This document shows, piece by piece, positions 31,052-39,224 of a stretch of DNA of 64,000 bases. The notes under the pieces were generated by a model. The model saw nothing but the letters and a program-made list of their open reading frames with translations. It was not told the DNA's origin and did not search any database. Every line of letters begins with the position of its first letter. Position 1 is the stretch's first letter. The position numbers and the translations under genes are program-made. Origin of the DNA: an uncultured Desulfobacteraceae bacterium (GTDB lineage Bacteria; Desulfobacterota; DSM-4660; Desulfatiglandales; Desulfatiglandaceae); contig CAZONI010000005.1 of assembly GCA_964581175.1 (NCBI GenBank), positions 22,225 through 86,224 on the forward strand. The letters are read 5' to 3'.

Positions 31052-32293
31052 TCATTCATGAAAGGTCTTGAATATGAGCGATGCATTGGTGCCGCCGAAT
31101 CCGAAGGAATTGGTCATCGCAGCCTTTGGGTCGGCTTTTCTGGCAACATTCGGGACATAATCCAGGTCGCACTCCGGGTCCGGTGTTTCGTAATTGATGG
31201 TCGGTGGAATGATTCCATGTTTCAAAGTGAGGACCGTATAAATCGCCTCAAGCCCCCCTGCTCCGCCCAGCAGATGGCCGGTCATTGATTTCGTTGAGCT
31301 GATTGCAAGCTTGTAGGCGTGATCGCCGAATACGACCTTTATGGCTTTGTTCTCCGAAAGATCATTCAGCTTTGTGGAAGTCCCGTGCGCGTTGATGTAA
31401 TCAACCTCTTCGGGTCCAATACCGGCATACTCAAGGGCCAGCTTCATACAGGCGATGGCCCCTTCTCCCTCGGGATGCGGCGCCGACACATGATAGGCGT
31501 CCCCGCTCATTCCATAGCCGACAAGTTCGGCATAAACGGACGCCCCCCGTTCAAGGGCATGGTCAAGTCCTTCCAGGATCAATATCCCCGCTCCTTCACC
31601 CATAACGAAACCATCCCTGTCCAGATCAAAAGGCCGGGAGGCCTTCTCGGGCTCGTCGTTTCGTGTGGAAAGGGCCCGCATGGAGCAGAATCCTCCGAGG
31701 GCCAGGGGAGTAACTACCGCCTCAGCTCCCCCGGTGATCATGGCATCCGCAAGACCCTCTCTGATCATCCGAAAGGATTCACCAACGGCATGAGAGCTCG
31801 CCGCACAGGCCGTTTCAATGGAGAGATTCGGCCCCTTGGCACCAAATTCGATCGCAATCTGTCCGGGAGCCATATTCGCGATTATGCCGGGAATGAAAAA
31901 GGGGCTTATTTTCCGGGGTCCACGCTCCAACAGCACCTGGTGAAAATGCTCGAGCATGGAGAGCCCCCCCAGACCCGAACCGGTGATGCACCCAACCCGG
32001 TGTCCGTTCGATTCATCAATCCTCAACCCGGAGTCTTCCATAGCCATCCGGGCTGAAGCTATCGCGTAGTGGATAAAAATATCGAACCGGCGAACCTGCT
32101 GCTTGTCCAGAAAATCCTCTGAATTGAAATCCAAGACCTCTCCGGCGATCTGGGAAGAAAAGGGAGAAGGATCGAATTTGGCAATCCTGCCGATCCCCGA
32201 CTTCCCGGAACATAAGGCCTCCCAATTCTTATCTACCCCGGTCCCCAGAGGAGACACCGCTCCGAGGCCTGTCACCACAACCCTTCTGGCCAT
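31052..32293 (-). CDS. fabF: beta-ketoacyl-ACP synthase II
   Basis: ETACAASSHA active-site Cys, HGTST and GHLLGGAGG motifs. Confidence 0.95.
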   Translation of the reverse strand: MARRVVVTGLGAVSPLGTGVDKNWEALCSGKSGIGRIAKFDPSPFSSQIAGEVLDFNSEDFLDKQQVRRFDIFIHYAIASARMAMEDSGLRIDESNGHRVGCITGSGLGGLSMLEHFHQVLLERGPRKISPFFIPGIIANMAPGQIAIEFGAKGPNLSIETACAASSHAVGESFRMIREGLADAMITGGAEAVVTPLALGGFCSMRALSTRNDEPEKASRPFDLDRDGFVMGEGAGILILEGLDHALERGASVYAELVGYGMSGDAYHVSAPHPEGEGAIACMKLALEYAGIGPEEVDYINAHGTSTKLNDLSENKAIKVVFGDHAYKLAISSTKSMTGHLLGGAGGLEAIYTVLTLKHGIIPPTINYETPDPECDLDYVPNVARKADPKAAMTNSFGFGGTNASLIFKTFHE

Positions 32294-32347
32294 TCCCTGC
32301 TCCTGTTGTTTCTTTGAAATTATTCGGTCTCTACTGCCCCATCAGGA

Positions 32348-32587
32348 TCAGGTTGCAATGGCTTTTTCAATATAGCTGATAGCATCCTGTACCGTACCGA
32401 TCTTTTCGGCGTCCTCATCCGGTATGGAAACATCGAACTCTTCTTCCATGGCCATGATCAGCTCAACCTGGTCCAACGAATCGGCTCCCAGATCATCCAC
32501 GAAGGATGCCTCAGGAACAACATCACTTTCGGAAACATTCAATTGCTCACAGATAATCTTTTTTACTTTCTCTTCGACAGCTGACAT
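32348..32587 (-). CDS. acpP: acyl carrier protein
   Basis: [20 protein letters not shown] phosphopantetheine site. Start moved to ATG 32587. Confidence 0.95.
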   Translation of the reverse strand: MSAVEEKVKKIICEQLNVSESDVVPEASFVDDLGADSLDQVELIMAMEEEFDVSIPDEDAEKIGTVQDAISYIEKAIAT

Positions 32588-32650
32588 ACTCCAATTCCTC
32601 CTCAATAGTTTTCAGAAAATGGGTGTTGCTGAACCTAAACTCCGGTCCGA

Positions 32651-33400
32651 TCACATGTACATTCCCCCGTTCACATGTATTACTTGGCCTGTTATATACC
32701 CGGCGGCCCGAGAGCACAACCAGTAAACCGTCTCAGCCACATCTTCCGGCGATCCCATCTTCCCCAGGGGTATCTGCCGAATGAACATCTCCCGCACTTT
32801 CTCCGGGAGAACGGCGGTCATTTCCGTATCGATAAATCCCGGCGCCACAGCATTCACGGTAATCCCGCGCGGGGCCGCTTCCTTTGCCACGCTCTTGGTA
32901 AATCCCATGATCCCGGCCTTGGATGCAGCGTAGTTGGTCTGCCCCAGGTTTCCGATCTGCCCGACCACGCTGGAGATATTCACGATGCGCCCATACCTCT
33001 CTTTCATCATGGCCCGAATAACAGCCTGGGTACAATTAAAGACACTTTTCAGGTTCACCTGGATCACCGCATCCCAGTCTTTCTCATTCATGCGCATCAA
33101 AAGTGTGTCTCGGGTGATACCCGCGTTATTCACAAGGACATCCACCTTTCCATATTGCTCAAGCACGTCCTTGAAAAATGTATCGACATCCCCCCAGGAG
33201 GAGACATCCAGTTTGTGACTGACCGCCTCCACCCCTTCTTTTCTCAACAAGGCCAGTGTTTCGTCAGAGGCATTTTCATCCGGATCGTAGTGGACGATGA
33301 TGACCTTCGGGTTCTCATCGACAAACCTGAGACCGATAGCTCTCCCGATGCCACGGGACCCGCCCGTGATTACTACAACTCTTTTTCCACGCTCTTCCAT
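32651..33400 (-). CDS. fabG: 3-oxoacyl-ACP reductase
   Basis: TGGSRGIGRAI, NNAGI, S...YAASKAG. Lies between plsX and acpP. Start moved to ATG 33400. Confidence 0.92.
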   Translation of the reverse strand: MEERGKRVVVITGGSRGIGRAIGLRFVDENPKVIIVHYDPDENASDETLALLRKEGVEAVSHKLDVSSWGDVDTFFKDVLEQYGKVDVLVNNAGITRDTLLMRMNEKDWDAVIQVNLKSVFNCTQAVIRAMMKERYGRIVNISSVVGQIGNLGQTNYAASKAGIMGFTKSVAKEAAPRGITVNAVAPGFIDTEMTAVLPEKVREMFIRQIPLGKMGSPEDVAETVYWLCSRAAGYITGQVIHVNGGMYM

Positions 33401-33455
33401 TCGATTTTCTTCCTTCAATGCACCGGTTGAATCGGAGGTCGGCAATTACTCTTCC

Positions 33456-34442
33456 TTAATTTTTCTGCAGCAAAGTCGCCATCTTCTCCAGTGTATCGTT
33501 TTCTGCGTACCGGGCCGCCAGTTTTATGGCATTCTTGATGGCTTTTGGCGGAGAACTGCCGTGACAAATGATTCCCACCCCGTTCACTCCCAGAAGAGGT
33601 GCACCGCCGTATTCGGCGTAATCGAGCTTCCCTGCCCACCGCATCAGAGACCGCCGCCCCAGGAGTAATGCGGCTTTTCCGGCAAGTGATCTCGTCATTT
33701 CCTGTTGCAGCATCATGGCGAAGGTTTCCGCCATGCCCTCGGTTAGTTTCAGCGCCACATTTCCCACGAAACCATCACAGACGATAATGTCCACCTCTCC
33801 GGCAAAAATGTCCCGACCTTCGACATTCCCCGAGAAATTGAGATTGCTCGACTCAAAGAGCTGGTGCGTCAACCTGACCTGCTCGTTGCCTTTACTTCCT
33901 TCTTCGCCAATGCTGAGCAAACCTATCTTCGGATCTTTCACCCCAAGGCAAACGCTCGCAAACGCGTGGGCCATGATCCCAAACTGGAACAGGTGTCTTG
34001 GCCGGCAGTCTACATTCGCCCCCACATCAATCAGAACGACCGGTCCTCTTTTCCCCGGGAAAACGCTTGCGATAGCCGGCCTCTCGGCCCCTTCCATCCG
34101 GCCAAGTGCTAAAACGCCTGCTGCCATTGTTGCGCCTGAGTTTCCAGCGCTCACGACAGCGGCAACCTCTTTTTTCTTTGCGAGGTCGAAGGCCACGCGA
34201 ATAGAGGCATCCTTTTTCTTTCTCACTGCCTTTAAGGGGGCCTCATCCATCCGGACCCATTCATCACAGTGATGAATGGTCAAGCTCTTCTCGTTCTTGT
34301 GGGAACCCAAAACCTTTTCAAGTAATTCTTTGTTTCCGACGAGTCTGATTTTGACTCCCAGTTCCCGAACCGCCTCCAGGGCGCCTTGAACCTCCACGTC
34401 AGGGGCTCCATCCCCGCCCATGGCGTCCACGGCAATTTCCAT
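33456..34442 (-). CDS. plsX: phosphate acyltransferase
   Basis: IAVDAMGGD start motif, 328 aa, directly downstream of rpmF. Confidence 0.93.
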   Translation of the reverse strand: MEIAVDAMGGDGAPDVEVQGALEAVRELGVKIRLVGNKELLEKVLGSHKNEKSLTIHHCDEWVRMDEAPLKAVRKKKDASIRVAFDLAKKKEVAAVVSAGNSGATMAAGVLALGRMEGAERPAIASVFPGKRGPVVLIDVGANVDCRPRHLFQFGIMAHAFASVCLGVKDPKIGLLSIGEEGSKGNEQVRLTHQLFESSNLNFSGNVEGRDIFAGEVDIIVCDGFVGNVALKLTEGMAETFAMMLQQEMTRSLAGKAALLLGRRSLMRWAGKLDYAEYGGAPLLGVNGVGIICHGSSPPKAIKNAIKLAARYAENDTLEKMATLLQKN

Positions 34443-34443
34443 T

Positions 34444-34626
34444 CTATTCCTCTTCTGTTTTCAGAATGGTCCTGCCCCGGTACGTCCCACACTCCGGACA
34501 AACATGATGCGGTAAGACCGGCTCATGACACTGGGGACACGTGGATAAACGAGGCAGATTTGCACGATCATGCGAGCGGCGAGAATCACGTTTTGCTTTT
34601 GATTTTCTCTTCTTGGGTACAGCCAT
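34444..34626 (-). CDS. rpmF: 50S ribosomal protein L32
   Basis: MAVPKKRKSKAKRDSRR... with a CPxC...CPxC zinc ribbon. Confidence 0.92.
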   Translation of the reverse strand: MAVPKKRKSKAKRDSRRSHDRANLPRLSTCPQCHEPVLPHHVCPECGTYRGRTILKTEEE

Positions 34627-34678
34627 AACTTCCTTTCAGCTCCTTATTTCAAGTAGTATTTCTTTTATGGTTCGCAGT

Positions 34679-35275
34679 TCACTTCTTTCCGGTTCTCCTC
34701 TCTCCCTCCCGCTTCACCGTTGAACCCGGCACACCGGAATGCTGAAGCGGTAAGTCATCAAGTTCCTTCAACTTGGAGAACCCGGGATGGCCGGCCACAC
34801 GACTGCACCGGCAGGTCCCTTTATTTAAATTAGTCCCGCAGACGGGGCAGAGCCCGGCACAATCCTCCCGGCAGAGGCTTTTCATGGGTAATGCAAGGAA
34901 GACCTGTTCACGGGTAATTTCTGCCAGATCGATGATGAGGTCCTCAACCAGACCTTCCTCAAGGTCCTCACGAAAAAGCTCCACTTCCGGTTGGCCGTCC
35001 TCTCCCTGCCTGGCAACCAAAGCGAGGCGAAAACCGGTGACCAAGTGGTATTCGTAAGATTCGAGGCAGCGGTCGCAGCGAAGAACAATATCTCCTTTCA
35101 GGCGCCCGTCCAGTATATACTTGTTGCCGGCACTGGAAACCAGAATGGTGACATCCATCGGGACCGCAAGCTTGATGGCGGAATCGTCACGGCAATTCTC
35201 CTCCCACCAACCCGGGGGCACCGGGAATTGAAATTCCCGGGCGCCGTGCAAAACGCTTCGGAGATCGATTTTCAT
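34679..35275 (-). CDS. yceD: YceD/DUF177-family protein
   Basis: Conserved position upstream of rpmF. C-terminal Cys cluster (CREDCAGLCPVCGTNLN...C.C). Confidence 0.8.
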   Translation of the reverse strand: MKIDLRSVLHGAREFQFPVPPGWWEENCRDDSAIKLAVPMDVTILVSSAGNKYILDGRLKGDIVLRCDRCLESYEYHLVTGFRLALVARQGEDGQPEVELFREDLEEGLVEDLIIDLAEITREQVFLALPMKSLCREDCAGLCPVCGTNLNKGTCRCSRVAGHPGFSKLKELDDLPLQHSGVPGSTVKREGERRTGKK

Positions 35276-35384
35276 ACACTGCTTACCGCCTCACCGCCAA
35301 GGAACCGAATCAAACGTACTGGCTTTATGCGAGCGAGGCACTCCCTCAGCAGGTGATGGCATAACCACACGAAATAAAAAGTTT

Positions 35385-35412
35385 AGTATATAAAAGGTGT
35401 TTCTTTTGTCAA
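35385..35412 (-). promoter_or_regulatory. candidate sigma70 promoter of the yceD-rpmF-plsX-fab operon
   Basis: Read on the minus strand: TTGACA (35412-35407), 16-nt spacer, TATACT (35390-35385). About 110 nt upstream of the yceD ATG. Confidence 0.45.
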
Positions 35413-35484
35413 GGCCCAAATGCTTTGGACTGAAGCAATAATCCTGTACCAGAGTTTTATCGTCTCTTCGGGTTTTGTTTTTTG

Positions 35485-35513
35485 TTGACTTTCCAGTATT
35501 TTTTTACTATCTA
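35485..35513 (+). promoter_or_regulatory. candidate promoter of the orphan gene
   Basis: TTGACT (35485-35490), 17-nt T-rich spacer, TATCTA (35508-35513). Confidence 0.3.
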
Positions 35514-35570
35514 TCCTTGTAGAATTTTTACAGAATTTCTCTTCAACCCCCAAAAGAATCGGCCTCTCTC

Positions 35571-36632
35571 ATGTGGAAATTCCGGGAACAGTTGCACTAT
35601 TACGAACGATTGAGGCGCTCTCTCTATGAAATCCTGAGGGACGAACTGGAACGCCGCCTTGGGAAAATATCGCTGGTTGACTCCTTCTATAGCTATCAGG
35701 AGGCCGGTGAGGATTACAGTTTTCTCGAGAAAAGTGAGTTGCGGCCAAAATCAAAGAAGATGGAAAAGGAATCGGACCTTTTTAACACCTTTATCGTCAT
35801 TTTTTACGAAGATGTGATCTCTCCGGAACTGAAGAATTACATCCGGTTTTTCCCGGAGAACAAGGTAGTCAAAAACAATATTGAATACCTGGCCAATTTT
35901 TCTCTTTATGATCGGTTCAACCGGAATCTACGCTATTTTGACAGTCCCCGCTTTCTGGATTTCATGGAAGATCTCCTGGATGTTGACTACGCGTTACTCA
36001 TTCAGCAGGATCCCACCCTGAAGAAGAGAAACAGGTACAGCCTGACCCACTTTCACGTGAAAATAGACTGGCCCATTGCCGATGCGGCTGAAGACCTGGC
36101 GAAATGGCTCAAATACATCCAGAACAATCTCTATGAAGACGGGGATAAGAAAGCGCGAATTCTACAGAACAAGCTTTTTGAGTATTACGGGTGCCATCAT
36201 AGCGTGGGCGGCAGACGAACGGCGGGGTTGATCGCAGCCCAGCTCTTAAGGAAACTGGGTTACGTTTCTACCGTGTTTGTTTCCAGTTCAGAATCGCGTG
36301 CAATGTACAAGTATTCAGAGAGGGGAGTGTCCAAATTCTTTCTCGTCAAACTCAGTGAAAAAGAGATAAATGCGCTTGCGGCCCGGGAGTCCATGACTCC
36401 TGAGGCCTTCATCTCCCAATATGTCTATCCGGCGGGGGATTTTTACGTGGGTATTTCGGAGGCTTGTTATACCTATACCCCGTACTCAAAACCTCCTGAG
36501 GACGGCAGATTGAGAAGGCTCTGGCCTGCGTATAACTGGTTGAAAATCTGGTTTGAATACCTCCACCCCAAGGCCTCGGCACTCCATGCCAGGCCCATCA
36601 ATTACCAGTGGGTCTACAGCACCGATCTTTGA
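35571..36632 (+). CDS. hypothetical protein (orphan, no motif recognised)
   Basis: Uninterrupted 353-aa ORF with no competing ORF on other frames. Opposite strand to all neighbours. Visibly A+T-richer codon usage than the surrounding genes. Confidence 0.6.
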   Translation: MWKFREQLHYYERLRRSLYEILRDELERRLGKISLVDSFYSYQEAGEDYSFLEKSELRPKSKKMEKESDLFNTFIVIFYEDVISPELKNYIRFFPENKVVKNNIEYLANFSLYDRFNRNLRYFDSPRFLDFMEDLLDVDYALLIQQDPTLKKRNRYSLTHFHVKIDWPIADAAEDLAKWLKYIQNNLYEDGDKKARILQNKLFEYYGCHHSVGGRRTAGLIAAQLLRKLGYVSTVFVSSSESRAMYKYSERGVSKFFLVKLSEKEINALAARESMTPEAFISQYVYPAGDFYVGISEACYTYTPYSKPPEDGRLRRLWPAYNWLKIWFEYLHPKASALHARPINYQWVYSTDL

Positions 36633-36696
36633 TTAGTGCTCGCCTCTCGACTTTTCCCAAACCCAGAGAGTTCTGAATGAGCAAGGAAACAAGGAG

Positions 36697-36896
36697 AATG
36701 ACAAATGTCAAAGCTCAAATGCCAAAGAAATGTCAAATGACAAATGCCAAAAGCCTACCCACCAAGTTATCCACTTATTGAAACGCAGACTACTGGTGAG
36801 AATGCCTGACGGTACGGGGGAAAGGTCGAACCTTTTTTGAAAGTGTTGACATTGGGATTTTGGATTTGATTTGGCATTTGGATTTTGTCATTTGGG
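36697..36896. repeat. MITE-like inverted-repeat element, copy B (CAAATGNCAAA-motif family)
   Basis: Left array 36697-36753 (AATGACAAATGTCAAAG..CAAATGCCAAAG..AAATGTCAAATGACAAATGCCAAAAG). Right array in inverse orientation at 36846-36896. The block CATTTGGATTTTGTCATTTGG (36874-36894) is identical to 28254-28274. Confidence 0.65.
36820..36838 (+). terminator. weak hairpin plus T-run inside repeat copy B
   Basis: AAAGGT-CGA-ACCTTT followed by TTT(T). The stem is A/U-rich and has a 3-nt loop, so it is weak. Confidence 0.2.
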
Positions 36897-37115
36897 CTTT
36901 CTCTTCCCATACCAGGTATCCGTCTCCCTGTCCCACTTGAGCAGATAGGTTCCTGCGCCATCTGCAAGCACCTTGAAATAGTCATGCCTCTCTCCGTACC
37001 ATCTGTCCAGAATATCGGCCACCACCAATTCCTTCCCTTCCAGATTGAAACGGAGGGGTCTTTCATTACCCTTGTATCCGGAATATGCCCGCACCTTGAT
37101 TTCATTTTCTTCCAT
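36888..37115 (-). CDS. small conserved-looking hypothetical protein (75 aa), coupled to the helicase gene
   Basis: The ATG at 37115 lies 9 nt after the helicase stop. Charged/aromatic beta-rich sequence (ILDRWYGERHDYFKVLADGAGTYLLKWDRETDTW). The last 3 codons and the stop lie inside repeat copy B. Confidence 0.55.
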   Translation of the reverse strand: MEENEIKVRAYSGYKGNERPLRFNLEGKELVVADILDRWYGERHDYFKVLADGAGTYLLKWDRETDTWYGKRKPK

Positions 37116-37124
37116 CAGCTTTCT

Positions 37125-39215
37125 CTACAAGAGATAGACGGGCTCTCTCAGCACTCGTTCGATGGCGTTCCGGGCGCATTCGGCCAGATCAGGGTGCGTG
37201 TCGACAAGATTTGCCACCTGGCGCAAATGGTCAGCGGTCCTCATGATGAGAGATGCCATATCGCCTTCGTCAATAGGCACGATAGAAAGTAGTTCTTCCC
37301 AGGGAATGCCCTTTGTCCACATATACAGCGCAACTGCTGGCCAGAAAGAAATCACCGGGCTTTCGAATCCTGCCCGGGTCTTTTTTTTCCTCAGGGTATC
37401 AATGCTCGAAAGCACCCCATCAAAAAACGCTTCCATTTCACCCCAGTCATGCTGCTCATCTGCGTGCAACACCACCTCCTGGGTCCTGTCCCACACAAAC
37501 GGCGCAAGTCCTCCCGCGAGCAGCCGGGGGTTTTTGCCGGACAATCCTCCAGATCTGATTGCTTCAGCGATAAGCAGCGGTTGATCGAGCCTGAGCTTTG
37601 ATGCCCAGTAGCCGTCGGCCGTCAGATTCCCATTTCCTTCAACGAAACCGGTTTGCCGGAGGAATTGCATATGATGTAGAAAGCTTTGCCACAGATCGTC
37701 TCCCCGCACATCCCGCATGCCGAAAACATTACTCCTGAATCTCTTTCTCTGAAACGCAGCGAAAGAGCGGGCGAGCAGTTCCTTCACCTCCGCCGGGCGA
37801 TGTGAGAGCAGCAGGTTCAGTGTCATGGAAAAGTTGATGTGGATCTGGCTTTCTATGGGTTCAGGGGACGAATCGCTGAGTTCATGAATCAATTGAGGGT
37901 CCTGATGACGTCCCGGGACAATCAGCACGAAGCCGATGTGGTCTTTTCCTCTCCTGCCGGCCCTGCCGATCATCTGGTGCAGTTCCGTGGATGTCAGATC
38001 ACTGAATTCCCGTCCGTTGTATCGATCGCTCTGGACCAGGACTACTGTCCTGGCAGGGAAATTGACTCCGGCCGCCACCGTAGAAGTTGAAAAAATGGCC
38101 TCCAGGAATCCCATGCCCATGACTTTTTCGACAAGGACCTTCCAGTAGGGAAGCTGTCCCCCATGGTGGGATGCCACCCTGGATGTCAGCAGCCTGTTCA
38201 ACTGACGGTGCCCCTTGAGGTGTGGAAAGGTTTCCAGGAATGACCTTCCCACGCCACTGAGTTGCTTTCTCAGGTCGGCAGCGCCTTCCACCGGAGGGCA
38301 GGTCAGCAATGCCTTATCACAATCGGCGCGCGACTTGAGAAAGAAAATTGCGGGCAACAGATCAAACTGCCGCAAGATTTCAATGATACGGCCGTACTCC
38401 ATTTTTGCAGATCCTCTCAACCCTCTTCGTCGCGGCCTGTCCATGTATTTCCGGATCTTTGGGACTAATCCCTTTCTTCCCGCCAGGGGCGATATCAGAC
38501 CGTCGGGAAAAAGAAAAAGGAACTCCAGGGGCACCGGCCTCTCTCCTGCGCGCACAACCTCTATGCGAGTTCCACGTACCGCACTCAGCCACGCACAAAT
38601 TTCATCGGCGTTGGATATGGTCGCTGACAGGAGGAGAAGTCTGACCCTTGGCGGCAGATAGATGAGGATCTCCTCCCACACCACTCCACGGTCCGGGTCA
38701 CTCAGGTAATGTGCTTCGTCAAGTATAACAAGGTCTGCCTCAAGGGTACTGCCCTGGTGCATTACGTCGTAGAGCTGGTTCCTGAGGATCTCCGTGGTAC
38801 CGACAATAACGCGAGCGTCCGGGTTCTCTTTCCGGTCTCCCGTCAAGATCCCGCAAGAGACGCCGCCGAAAGTCCGGCAGAATTCAGTGTAAATGGAATT
38901 GGAAAGGGCCTTGAGCGGGGATGCATACCACACCCTTTTATTGCTGTTCAGGCACTCAAGAATCGCCTGTGACGCGATCCACGTCTTTCCTGCCCCGGTG
39001 GGAGCACTCACCAAAACGTCGTGATGCCTGATCAGATCAATGGCCGCCGTCTGGAACGCATCCGGTTGAAAAGGGGCGTTTTCCGGGATGCCGATTTGCC
39101 TGAAGGAATGGTGCAATCCCGGATCGATTCTGGGCCTTTCATAAGGGGTTTCCCTCTTTCGATGTGCTCTTCTTGGAGGTCTGCTCCCGGACCTTCTTCT
39201 GTATGTCTCTTTCAA
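37125..39215 (-). CDS. Ski2/HelY-like DEAD/DEAH-box (SF2) helicase
   Basis: FQ..A (Q-motif-like), SAPTGAGKT (I), SPLKALSNS (Ia), TTEILRN, DEAHY (II), SAT (III), HHGG/QMIGRAGRRG (VI). DSHCT-like C-terminus (WEELLSIVPIDEGDMASLIMRTADHLRQV). TTG start 9 nt after the acd stop. Confidence 0.85.
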   Translation of the reverse strand: MKETYRRRSGSRPPRRAHRKRETPYERPRIDPGLHHSFRQIGIPENAPFQPDAFQTAAIDLIRHHDVLVSAPTGAGKTWIASQAILECLNSNKRVWYASPLKALSNSIYTEFCRTFGGVSCGILTGDRKENPDARVIVGTTEILRNQLYDVMHQGSTLEADLVILDEAHYLSDPDRGVVWEEILIYLPPRVRLLLLSATISNADEICAWLSAVRGTRIEVVRAGERPVPLEFLFLFPDGLISPLAGRKGLVPKIRKYMDRPRRRGLRGSAKMEYGRIIEILRQFDLLPAIFFLKSRADCDKALLTCPPVEGAADLRKQLSGVGRSFLETFPHLKGHRQLNRLLTSRVASHHGGQLPYWKVLVEKVMGMGFLEAIFSTSTVAAGVNFPARTVVLVQSDRYNGREFSDLTSTELHQMIGRAGRRGKDHIGFVLIVPGRHQDPQLIHELSDSSPEPIESQIHINFSMTLNLLLSHRPAEVKELLARSFAAFQRKRFRSNVFGMRDVRGDDLWQSFLHHMQFLRQTGFVEGNGNLTADGYWASKLRLDQPLLIAEAIRSGGLSGKNPRLLAGGLAPFVWDRTQEVVLHADEQHDWGEMEAFFDGVLSSIDTLRKKKTRAGFESPVISFWPAVALYMWTKGIPWEELLSIVPIDEGDMASLIMRTADHLRQVANLVDTHPDLAECARNAIERVLREPVYLL

Positions 39216-39224
39216 CGGAATAGC

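Noticed and set aside
35571-39215. Hachiman-like defence pair: an unknown protein plus an SF2 helicase.
   Set aside because: The orphan gene and the helicase are convergent, not co-transcribed. The helicase is embedded in an operon with an acyl-CoA dehydrogenase and carries Ski2/DSHCT (RNA-helicase) features. There is no nuclease-like motif in the orphan.
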